From Delftia acidovorans NBRC 14950 (GTDB lineage Bacteria > Pseudomonadota > Gammaproteobacteria > Burkholderiales > Burkholderiaceae_C), in contig NZ_BCZP01000042.1 of NCBI RefSeq assembly GCF_001598795.1, positions 1 to 32,000 on the forward strand: a stretch of DNA of 32,000 nucleotides. Reading direction: 5' to 3'. The notes below the pieces were generated by a model, which saw only the letters and a list, made by a program, of their open reading frames with translations, searched no databases and was not told where the DNA came from. The translations under genes and the position numbers were made by a program. Below, piece after piece: positions 8,407 through 15,676 of this stretch; the stretch's first letter is position 1; each line of letters begins with the position of its first letter.

Positions 8407-8438
8407 GGGGCGCTGCGAGCGCTCGCCCCATTGCCAAC

Positions 8439-8720
8439 TCAGCCGCCCAGCTTTTTGAACGGAGTGTCGGAAGTGATCCAGCCCTTGCCTTGGGGGCAGA
8501 TCACTTCCTTGTAACGCAGCTCTTTTTCAAAGCTCCACTGCTGGCCAAGTGCGCAAACGTCCCCTGAGTTGAGGACAAATGCCACTGTCTGTGGATCGCC
8601 TTTTTTCAGCAGAACATCGACGCTTTGCGTCGCTTCCCACCGCCCACTCGGTGACTGGCTGCATCCCAGAGTTGCCAGCAACGCCGTGATCGCTGCCCCT
8701 CGCAGTAGGTTTTTCATCAA
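8439..8720 (-). CDS. Small lipoprotein (93 aa), unknown function
   Basis: MMKNLLRGAAITALLATLGC has a lipobox (L-A-T-L-G-C) followed by a short soluble domain. Confidence 0.65.
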   Translation of the reverse strand: MMKNLLRGAAITALLATLGCSQSPSGRWEATQSVDVLLKKGDPQTVAFVLNSGDVCALGQQWSFEKELRYKEVICPQGKGWITSDTPFKKLGG

Positions 8721-9053
8721 CTGCCTTTCTGGTAGTTGTTGCGCGAAGACTTCCGAGCGACGGCTTCAGGCTGGTTGCCGACGTTCAGCGGAAACAATCA
8801 GACGACGGTTCTCGACCCAAAGCGGACATTGGTAAGTGCCCAAAAGTGGGCTCAGCTCGTTATGAGCGCATTTGCCAGACTGGTGCCTTCTGCCTGCGGA
8901 GCCACAGTCTTGCTTTCAGTTGGCATTTAGCCGGATGGACACGGAGAGGGTCTTGAACAGCGGATGCCCCTGTCGTGCTTCCCAAGCAGCAGCTTCGCCG
9001 CTGAACTCGCGTTGATGCCGAAATAGATGGTGCTGGCCCCAAACCAAGGAGGC

Positions 9054-9440
9054 TCAGCACGGGAAATGGGGCGCATCGCCAGGCTTGCCGGCTTCGACCC
9101 ATGCCAGCTTCTCGGTCAAGAAGGTGAGAGCTGCATCGAGTGCTGCGCGCTGCGATTGCAACTTGTCTATCTGGTGCCGCAGGACCTGCCCCGTGCGTGC
9201 GGCGGACTTTGCACCCTGCCGGTACTCGCGGTTGAGCGCCGAGATCTCGCTCAACGTATAGCCCAGCGATTTCTGCAGCTGAATCATCCGCACCGCGGTC
9301 ACGTCATCGGCAGAGAACACTTGGTACGGGTTGCTGCCACCCAGCACGCCGCGACGCGGCTTCAGCAGGCCCTTCCCCACATAGAAGCGGACCGTCTCGG
9401 GCGACAACCCCACCTCCTTCGCAAACTCCGACAACAGCAT
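9054..9440 (-). CDS. MerR-family transcriptional regulator
   Basis: MLLSEFAKEVGLSPETVRFYVGKGLL...FSADDVTAVRMIQLQKSLGYTLSEI is a MerR HTH, followed by a coiled-coil dimerisation helix. A single Cys is the last residue. Confidence 0.9.
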   Translation of the reverse strand: MLLSEFAKEVGLSPETVRFYVGKGLLKPRRGVLGGSNPYQVFSADDVTAVRMIQLQKSLGYTLSEISALNREYRQGAKSAARTGQVLRHQIDKLQSQRAALDAALTFLTEKLAWVEAGKPGDAPHFPC

Positions 9441-9449
9441 GCCGTCTCC

Positions 9450-9480
9450 TTGACCACGTAGTTAACTACGTGCTTATAAC
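9450..9480 (+). promoter_or_regulatory. MerR-type promoter/operator for the aldo-keto reductase gene
   Basis: TTGACC (9450-9455), a 19-nt spacer, then TATAAC (9475-9480). The spacer contains a perfect 18-bp palindrome CACGTAGTTAACTACGTG (9455-9472). It sits between the divergent MerR and AKR genes. Confidence 0.6.
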
Positions 9481-9508
9481 AATGATTTTTCCACCTGGAT
9501 CCAACGCC

Positions 9509-10492
9509 ATGCAATCTCCTCCCACAAAACTCCCTTGCGTTCATCTCGGCATAGACGGCCCACTCGTGGGCATCCAGGGTCTAGGCTGCATGGGTATGAG
9601 CGAATTTTATGGCGCCACTGACACCGAAGAGGCACGAGCAACACTGGAACGGGCGCTCGCCTTGGGTGTGACGCTGTTCGATACCGCAGACATGTACGGT
9701 CTGGGCGCCAACGAATCGTTCCTCGCGCCGTTTGTGAAGGCCAACCGGCAGCGCGTGGTGATCGCCACCAAGTTCGGCTACACGCGTACGGTCGAGAGGC
9801 CCGATGACTGGAGCCTCAGCAATCGCCCAGACTACATCCGGCATGCGGTCGATCAATCGCTGCGGCGTCTTGGTATTGACACCATCGACCTCTACTACAT
9901 GCACCGCCGCACACCTGACGTGCCCATGGAAGATTCGGTGGGCGCGATGGCGGATCTGGTGAAGGCCGGTAAGGTTCGGGCGCTCGGCTTGTGCGAGGTC
10001 AGTGCTGAAGAGTTGCGTGCAGCGCATGCCGTCCACCCCATCGCCGCGATGCAGTCTGAATGGTCGGTGTTCAGCCGCCAGATCGAGCAAGAGATCGCAC
10101 CGCTGGCGGCATCGCTGGGTGTCGCGATCGTGCCATTCGCCCCATTGGGGCGGGGTATCCTGACCGGCGCTACGTTCGGCAAGCAGTTGGCAGCAGACGA
10201 TTTCCGCCGACACTTCCCGCGCTTCCAGTCAGACAACCAGGCGTCGAATTCGAGGCTGGTGGCGAGGTTGGAAGCGCTTGCCAAAGCCCGTGGCATCTCG
10301 ACGGCGCAATTGGCGCTCGCCTGGCTGCAGACTCGCGCCAGGCAGTTCGACGTGACAGTCGTGCCTATTCCCGGCACGCGCCGTAGAGCGCGCCTCACCG
10401 AGAACGTGGCGGCTGCCTCCGTAGCATTGGATGAGCAGGAGATGTCGGCCATCGAGCCGCTGGCGGCGGCAGTTCAGGGCGTTTCGCTCTGA
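9509..10492 (+). CDS. Aldo/keto reductase (NADP-dependent oxidoreductase)
   Basis: GLGCMGMSEFYG...FDTADMYGLGANE...ATKFG...IDLYYMHRRTPDVP...GLCEVSAEELRAAH are classic AKR motifs. Start placed at ATG 9509 (MQSPPTK) rather than the track start 9470, which lies inside the promoter. Confidence 0.9.
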   Translation: MQSPPTKLPCVHLGIDGPLVGIQGLGCMGMSEFYGATDTEEARATLERALALGVTLFDTADMYGLGANESFLAPFVKANRQRVVIATKFGYTRTVERPDDWSLSNRPDYIRHAVDQSLRRLGIDTIDLYYMHRRTPDVPMEDSVGAMADLVKAGKVRALGLCEVSAEELRAAHAVHPIAAMQSEWSVFSRQIEQEIAPLAASLGVAIVPFAPLGRGILTGATFGKQLAADDFRRHFPRFQSDNQASNSRLVARLEALAKARGISTAQLALAWLQTRARQFDVTVVPIPGTRRRARLTENVAAASVALDEQEMSAIEPLAAAVQGVSL

Positions 10493-10566
10493 GCATGGCG
10501 GCCTGCCGCACATTTTGACGCTGCACCCCAAATCAATTAATATCCGTCCAGTCGGAAATAAATTAA

Positions 10567-11160
10567 TTGCTTATGGGACGCACGCGTGTAATAGATCAGG
10601 ACAAGCTGCTGGACGCGGCAGAAGTCGTTGTGGCTCGGGACGGGCCTGCGAAGCTGACGCTGGAGTCCGTCGCCACCGAAGCTGGCGTTAGCAAGGCGAG
10701 CGTGCTGTACGACCACCGGTCCAAGCAGGCTCTGATCCAGGCGCTCGTTCAGCGGGCACTGGTCCGGGACAACGCCTTCAACTCCGAAGCGGCGGAGCGT
10801 CTCGGCGAGATCGATTCCCGGACTGTCCGCGGGCGGATTGCCGCGGCCGCCGCTCCGCTGCCAACAGCACAACGTGCCGTTGCCCTGAGCCTCAGCGCCG
10901 CGCTGGTGCAGGACGCAAGTCTGCGCGAGTCGATGCAGGCGAATCAGGCTGCCGTCATCGACGCAGTACAGAGTGACGCGGCGCAACCAAGGGGCGCGCT
11001 GCTTGCCTACTTGGCGCTGGAAGGGCTCAAGCTGTTGGAGAGCTTGGACTTCCACACATTCCCGAAGGCGGAGCGAGATCGCTTGCTGCGCGAGATCGAA
11101 GGGCTGGTCGACCGGCCTGTCGCACTTGATTCATTCGTGAGACCTCAGCGGCCCCGCTGA
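10567..11160 (+). CDS. TetR/AcrR-family transcriptional regulator
   Basis: N-terminal HTH: LLDAAEVVVARDGPAKLTLESVATEAGVSKASVLYDHRSKQALIQALV. The C-terminal domain is helical. Confidence 0.85.
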   Translation: MLMGRTRVIDQDKLLDAAEVVVARDGPAKLTLESVATEAGVSKASVLYDHRSKQALIQALVQRALVRDNAFNSEAAERLGEIDSRTVRGRIAAAAAPLPTAQRAVALSLSAALVQDASLRESMQANQAAVIDAVQSDAAQPRGALLAYLALEGLKLLESLDFHTFPKAERDRLLREIEGLVDRPVALDSFVRPQRPR

Positions 11161-11243
11161 GGCGCTCTACCCCATATCAATTCCCATCCCGCCCGGGCCG
11201 ACAAGACGGCCCGCGGACTAACCACGTCAGTACGTATCGAGTC

Positions 11244-12302
11244 ATGAACGCTGTTGTCTCTAAATTGCCTGAATCGCATCCCGCACGATTGCCAGCCCGC
11301 CTGTTCCTGACGGGGGGAAGCGGCTATGTCGGTCGCAACCTGATCCGCCACTTCGTCTCGCAAGGTGTCGAAGTCATCGCGCTGGCGCGCAGCCCCGCTG
11401 CACAGGACACGATTCGCGCGTCAGGGGCGAATCCGTTCGAGGGAGATCTGCTGTCGGAGAATCTAGCCACCGGCATGGCGGGCTGCGATGCCCTGATTCA
11501 CGCCGCAGCGGATACGGACCACGGTCTCTCCACGGACGCACAGTTTCAGACGAACGTCATAGGTACGCGCCACGTGTTCGCAGCTGCTGCGCGAGCAGGC
11601 GTGCGGCGGGCTGTGCACCTGAGCACGGAGTCAGTGCTCCTAGACGGAAGCCCACTGGTGGACGCCGAAGAAAGCCGATCCATCCCCACCAGACCGGTCG
11701 GCGGCTACTCCGCCACGAAAGCTCTGGCGGAACGCGAGGCGATTGCCGCTGCGCGGCACGGACTAGACGTCGTCATCGTCCGCCCGCGCTTCATCTGGGG
11801 ACGCGACGACACGACCGCGCTTCCGCAACTGCTGCAGGCTGTGGATGCTGGGAAGTTCGCCTGGATCGATGGTGGCCGCTATCGCACGTCAACGACGCAC
11901 ATCGGTAATCTGGTGCACGGTATCGAGCGCGCGCTGATCGCTGGCGAGACGGGCGCCTGCTACTTCATCACAGATGACGACATCGTGGAGTTTCGTGCAT
12001 TCATCAGCGCATTGCTACAAAGCCAAGGACGCTCTGTCCCGACCAAGGAGGTTCCGGGCTGGGTGGTACGGGCCGTGGCCAGCGTCTGCGAACGTCTGTC
12101 GTCACTGACCGGCGGACGGTGGCGCCCGCCGGTCACCCGGCAGGCACTGGCGCCCTCGGCCGTTGAGGTGACGTTGAACATCGACAAGGCTCGACGCGAA
12201 CTGGGCTACCAGCCGCAAATCTCGCGCGCGCAAGGGCTTGAGGAACTAACGCTCGAGGACCGAGGTGAAAAGGGGCACCTGACAAGGAGTAAGCTGACTT
12301 AG
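11244..12302 (+). CDS. NAD-dependent epimerase/dehydratase-family (extended SDR) protein
   Basis: LFLTGGSGYVGRNLIRHF is a Rossmann GxxGxxG motif, and YSATKALAE is the catalytic YxxxK. The gene follows the TetR gene. Confidence 0.85.
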   Translation: MNAVVSKLPESHPARLPARLFLTGGSGYVGRNLIRHFVSQGVEVIALARSPAAQDTIRASGANPFEGDLLSENLATGMAGCDALIHAAADTDHGLSTDAQFQTNVIGTRHVFAAAARAGVRRAVHLSTESVLLDGSPLVDAEESRSIPTRPVGGYSATKALAEREAIAAARHGLDVVIVRPRFIWGRDDTTALPQLLQAVDAGKFAWIDGGRYRTSTTHIGNLVHGIERALIAGETGACYFITDDDIVEFRAFISALLQSQGRSVPTKEVPGWVVRAVASVCERLSSLTGGRWRPPVTRQALAPSAVEVTLNIDKARRELGYQPQISRAQGLEELTLEDRGEKGHLTRSKLT

Positions 12303-12397
12303 CCGATTCAATACGGCCGGATTGTTGATTTCCACGCACCCCCAGATTGCTTCGGTACTAACATGAAGCATAAAGGTGCTCTGAGGGCATCTTTTTG

Positions 12398-12682
12398 TCA
12401 CTTGAGAATGGCAGCTTTGCAAGCTAGGAACTGAGGCCGAGTGAGGATTCCAGCCTGCCTAAGCATTTCCATGGCTTGTATTGCTTTGGCTGTCTGAGCG
12501 GCAGGTGATGCTTGGGAAGGTTGTACTACAGCTTTTTTCTCTGAAGATGACTTCCTTGGCTGATCCCCGAAATCGATGTACTTGACCTGCCATGGCGCGT
12601 ATCCAACTGCTGCAGCCTCTGCAATTTCATCTGCAGAGTAGCCTTGGCTATGCATGTCATGTAGAAAGTCCCAGTCGCTCAT
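12398..12682 (-). CDS. Hypothetical protein (94 aa) with a SHOCT-like C-terminal motif
   Basis: GAGGG Shine-Dalgarno sequence ~7 nt upstream of the ATG. The C-terminus AIQAMEMLRQAGILTRPQFLACKAAIL resembles the short SHOCT motif (L..L...G.IT..E....K..LL). Confidence 0.5.
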   Translation of the reverse strand: MSDWDFLHDMHSQGYSADEIAEAAAVGYAPWQVKYIDFGDQPRKSSSEKKAVVQPSQASPAAQTAKAIQAMEMLRQAGILTRPQFLACKAAILK

Positions 12683-12915
12683 GTTGCGCCCTCTAGTTTT
12701 GGCTCTTTACAGCGTACAGGATGCTTGGCGGATCGTCAAAATTGACCACAGCTAGCTTCAATGTCTGGAGGATGGCTGATCTTCAACTGTCACAGATCGC
12801 CCCTATGCTGACGTTCGAGTCTCGATGAGCAATGTCTGCTTTGCAGCGGTTGCAGCCGCTTATTGCAGCTGGGCGAACTACCGCTCACCTAGTCATAGCG
12901 CTCTTTCAGAGCGCC

Positions 12916-12944
12916 AAAACAGTCACTTCCCCAATGACTGTTTT
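12916..12944. terminator. Symmetric hairpin, possible terminator for the gene ending at 13079
   Basis: AAAACAGTCA-cttccccaa-TGACTGTTTT: perfect 10-bp arms with A/T runs on both sides. Confidence 0.3.
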
Positions 12945-13078
12945 CAGGTCCGCAGCAGCCCCTCGCTAACAGGCAGTCACTGGGGATGCAGGAAGTCCGC
13001 TATCTCGGCCCGCGAATGAGTGCTGTCGACCCTTTCCTGACAAACGCTCTTGCCCAAAGCGGTCATTGGCGTCGCTCG

Positions 13079-13702
13079 TTAGCGGTCGTTCGACGTAAAG
13101 AGCGTTTGGTCGCCGGGATCGGTTACAACCGAAATCCCGGCCGCGTCGACCATTACCAGAAAGCCTTCAGGCAATACCAATGCCGCCGCGAGCTCGGGTC
13201 GCATCTTGAGCAACTGAAACGCGAAAACGGCTTCGAGCGCTGGAGCCAGCTCGCGAGGCCCTTGCTGGCCGATGAACCAGCCAGAATCGCCGTCGGTGGG
13301 ACTGGGTGCGCTACGCACCATGAACAAATTGTCCGCACTGAGGCATCCCTGGTCGATGACCACCTTGTCTTGAAAAGTGGTAGGAACGGGTTCGACGTCA
13401 ATCTTCTTGGCGAATGAGATTTGATTGAAAAGGACCTGCAGCGCGTTGCTCACATCGGTCGTCTCGTCTTTGAACGGGTCCGCATCGACATCTGGCACGC
13501 AAACCGCGAGTTCATTTGAAGGCAGGCGTCGAAAGGACATGAGCATGCTACCGACCTGCAGTCGCACTTCCTCGCCTACGCTTTGCCCAGACCCGTGGAG
13601 ACGAGTCAGGCAGTCGAGCAACCATTCGGCGTGAACAGCCATGCTGTCCGCACAAGCAACGGTTACCACCTCATCGCCGATCGCTGCATGTTTCTGAAGC
13701 AC
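13079..13702 (-). CDS. Hypothetical two-part protein (207 aa); C-terminal half possibly immunity-protein-like (Imm33/DUF2185-like, from memory only)
   Basis: GTG start preceded by AAGGA 5 nt upstream. The sequence has protein-like composition. The C-terminal ...SPTDGDSGWFIGQQGP...LLKMRPELAAALVLPEGFLVMVD recalls the SGW-containing DUF2185 pattern. The family call is not verified. Confidence 0.55.
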   Translation of the reverse strand: MLQKHAAIGDEVVTVACADSMAVHAEWLLDCLTRLHGSGQSVGEEVRLQVGSMLMSFRRLPSNELAVCVPDVDADPFKDETTDVSNALQVLFNQISFAKKIDVEPVPTTFQDKVVIDQGCLSADNLFMVRSAPSPTDGDSGWFIGQQGPRELAPALEAVFAFQLLKMRPELAAALVLPEGFLVMVDAAGISVVTDPGDQTLFTSNDR

Positions 13703-13876
13703 TTCAATCCTTCATCTTCTGAACACAATGTCTGCTGTTGGCCGAATTCTGCCTCACGCGTCGGGGGCTACGCGCCCGGACCGGCCATCGATGTCCGTTC
13801 TTTGAACGTCGGCAACCGCTGCAAAGCCGCCACACACAACCCACAGATCAGCATCACCAAATGGGTCGATATCAGA

Positions 13877-14011
13877 TCAGAAGCTAGACGACTGGCCAAG
13901 CCAGCGGATCAGTTCCGAGGGAGAGCCCAATTGCTTGGCTCTGCGACTGACCCATTCCAAGCGTATGCACAAGGCATTCAAGTTCCCGCGACGGATGAAA
14001 GATTCAGCCAT
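13877..14011 (-). CDS. Possible 44-aa ORF immediately downstream of the first CI-like repressor
   Basis: ATG 13 nt after the repressor stop: MAESFIRRGNLNALCIRLEWVSRRAKQLGSPSELIRWLGQSSSF. It is below the ORF-track length threshold, with no clear RBS and no domain. Confidence 0.2.
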   Translation of the reverse strand: MAESFIRRGNLNALCIRLEWVSRRAKQLGSPSELIRWLGQSSSF

Positions 14012-14026
14012 CAAGACAGGACAGAC

Positions 14027-14686
14027 TCAGAGCTTGGCCCCGACCCATATGGCTCGCCCTTGCACCAGGCCCTCAGCCTTCCCGGCAATGACGATATCCG
14101 GGTGCTCGCCCTTATCAGCGTTGTCGGCCACGGCATGCCAAACATCGCCCACCCGCTGAAAGCGCCGCACAAGCATCTGCCCTTCCCACGCGAATGCATA
14201 GACGCTGCCACGGCGCGGCGTTTGATCCGCACGATTGAGCAAGAGCACGGCACCGTCCCGGATCGTGGGCTCCATGCTGGTTCCTGCCACATGGACGAGG
14301 GCCGCGTTCACCGGGCTGACGCCGATAGCACGCAGAAAATCGCGTCGGAACTGGAGAGCCCCGAGTTCCTCGACAAGATTGGTTTTTCGAGAGCGTTCGG
14401 GCGCGGCTTCAGCATCCAGGCGGACGAGTTGGATGAAGTCCTCACCTTCCGCGACACGGCCTCGCAACAAGGTATCGACGTCCACGCTGAAGTAATCAGC
14501 AAACTTCTGCAGTGACTCCATTCGCACGCCAGTTTCCCCGCCAACGATGCGCTGCAAAGTGCCCTGCCCGATGTCGAATCCAGCATTCTTCATGTCACTA
14601 CGCAGGCGCCCGATCGCCTTGCCCTTGATCATCAGGGCAGCGTTTTCGGCCAATGTTGCGTTCACGAAGCTGCGCATGGGCAGCAT
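14027..14686 (-). CDS. CI/LexA-like repressor 1: XRE-type HTH + peptidase S24-fold domain
   Basis: N-terminal HTH (…GFDIGQGTLQRIVGGETGVRMESLQKFADYFSVDVDTLL). C-terminal VAGTSMEPTIRDGAVLLLN...GSVYAFAWEGQMLVRRFQRVGDVWHAVADN follows the GxSMxP...(V/L)-K-R-(L/F) layout of S24 autopeptidases. Confidence 0.85.
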   Translation of the reverse strand: MLPMRSFVNATLAENAALMIKGKAIGRLRSDMKNAGFDIGQGTLQRIVGGETGVRMESLQKFADYFSVDVDTLLRGRVAEGEDFIQLVRLDAEAAPERSRKTNLVEELGALQFRRDFLRAIGVSPVNAALVHVAGTSMEPTIRDGAVLLLNRADQTPRRGSVYAFAWEGQMLVRRFQRVGDVWHAVADNADKGEHPDIVIAGKAEGLVQGRAIWVGAKL

Positions 14687-14701
14687 TCTTTGGTCTTGCT
14701 A

Positions 14702-14745
14702 TACCGATTTCGGTACGATAGAGTTAGTGCAAATTCACTTGAATT
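14702..14745. promoter_or_regulatory. Two palindromes in the repressor-1 / paralogue-A intergenic region (candidate operators)
   Basis: TACCGA-TT-TCGGTA at 14702-14715 and AATTCA-CT-TGAATT at 14732-14745. Both have perfect arms and lie in the A/T-richer 184-bp gap. Confidence 0.4.
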
Positions 14746-14870
14746 CGCCAGTTTTGAAGAGCCAGCCTATGGCTCAACTTAAAACTTCTCATACCGCGTT
14801 CGGTGAAGCTGTCCAAACTCTGGATCAACTTGGCCGCACAAGCTTCAACTAGACGCAGACGCCTACATCC

Positions 14871-15587
14871 ATGCACATCACCCACCACTTCACCCCTGGC
14901 CTGCGCTTCGCTGCGCAATGGAAGTACGCCGCCCGCGCGCCATCGGGCCGGGCCTGTTGGTCGCGGCTGCCGCTGGGGCAGCCTGATGCGGGCAGGGCTG
15001 ATCCGCATGGCGCCTGGTGGTGTGTGCGGCGCTGCGCTGCCGTGCTGCGGCGGGAGATGTGGCAGTCGGTGAATCTGCCTTCAGACATACCTTTGCGGCC
15101 GGGGCCGGAAGATGTGGCGCTGGCCCTGAACGCGCTGATGCCGCGCTGGCAGGTACAACTGAGCGCAGGGGCCGGGCACATGTCCATGCAGTCCTGCACC
15201 CAGGCAGTGATGGCCGGGGGCGGAGCGGTGCTGCAACTGCAGTCAGAGGCGCTGCACCAGCGGCCGCAGAGCACGTTCTGGGCCTGGGTGATTGGCGTGG
15301 AGATGCATCAGAAGATGCGGCCCGCGCCGGTGAAGCCATGGCCCGCAAGCCGCGCGCCCCGCCCTGTCGCGCTGCTGACCATTCCCTTTGGCTGGAGCAT
15401 GCCCTGGGCCTGCGGCTATGCGGCGCGGGTGCAGATGAACAGCGACGGGCGCTGCGATGTGGATGGCATTGACGGGCAGTGGCGCGAGTGCCGCTGCCTT
15501 GCCGCCGTGACGCTGTCGCCCGCGCAAGACGTGCAACGCGGCCAACACGGCCATGCCGGCCTCCTGCAGGGGTACCCACTGTGTTGA
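14871..15587 (+). CDS. Uncharacterised Trp/Cys-motif protein, paralogue A (238 aa)
   Basis: Shares GLRF..W.Y, DPHGAWWCVRRCAAVL, GGGAVLQLQSE, FWAWVIGVEMH, LLTIPFG..PW and GRC-x11-C.C.AAVTL with ORFs B, C and D. Nucleotide differences between the paralogues in the WWC motif fall mostly at third positions (tgt/tgc, gtg/gtt, cgg/cgc), which supports this frame. Confidence 0.6.
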   Translation: MHITHHFTPGLRFAAQWKYAARAPSGRACWSRLPLGQPDAGRADPHGAWWCVRRCAAVLRREMWQSVNLPSDIPLRPGPEDVALALNALMPRWQVQLSAGAGHMSMQSCTQAVMAGGGAVLQLQSEALHQRPQSTFWAWVIGVEMHQKMRPAPVKPWPASRAPRPVALLTIPFGWSMPWACGYAARVQMNSDGRCDVDGIDGQWRECRCLAAVTLSPAQDVQRGQHGHAGLLQGYPLC

Positions 15588-15676
15588 TGCCTGCCCGCGT
15601 CGGAAGATTTTCCCAAGCCGCTTGTCGCTTGCCACCATCCATGAACCACGGGCGCGGTGCCAGGGCTTCGGCCCTG

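Noticed and set aside
8407-8429. GGGGCG-N11-CGCCCC hairpin after the detached porin fragment, considered as a terminator
   Set aside because: There is no U-tract on either strand. It may stabilise transcripts, but a terminator cannot be called.
8930-9053. Short minus-strand reading frame directly after the MerR stop (...HQREFSGEAAAWEARQGHPLFKTLSVSIRLNAN*)
   Set aside because: It has only a TTG start, no RBS and about 40 codons, and I recognise no family. It may be a gene remnant, but this cannot be supported.
13493-13508. TGGCACG-N4-CCGC sigma-54-like element (GG-N10-GC spacing)
   Set aside because: It lies inside the 13079-13702 coding region on the opposite strand, has a poor -12 element (CCGC, not TTGC) and has no downstream plus-strand gene.
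13583-14515. 310-aa plus-strand ORF
   Set aside because: It overlaps the 5' end of the 13079-13702 gene and runs antisense through most of the CI-like repressor, which has clear HTH and S24 motifs. It has no domain of its own.
14999-15050. Stretch of about 52 nt nearly identical between paralogue A and paralogue D (18284-18335), considered as evidence of recent gene conversion
   Set aside because: It coincides with the most conserved protein motif (DP.GAWWC.RRCAAVL). I count 6 differences in about 53 nt. Constraint plus G+C-biased codon choice explains this without invoking conversion, and only a formal test such as GENECONV could decide.
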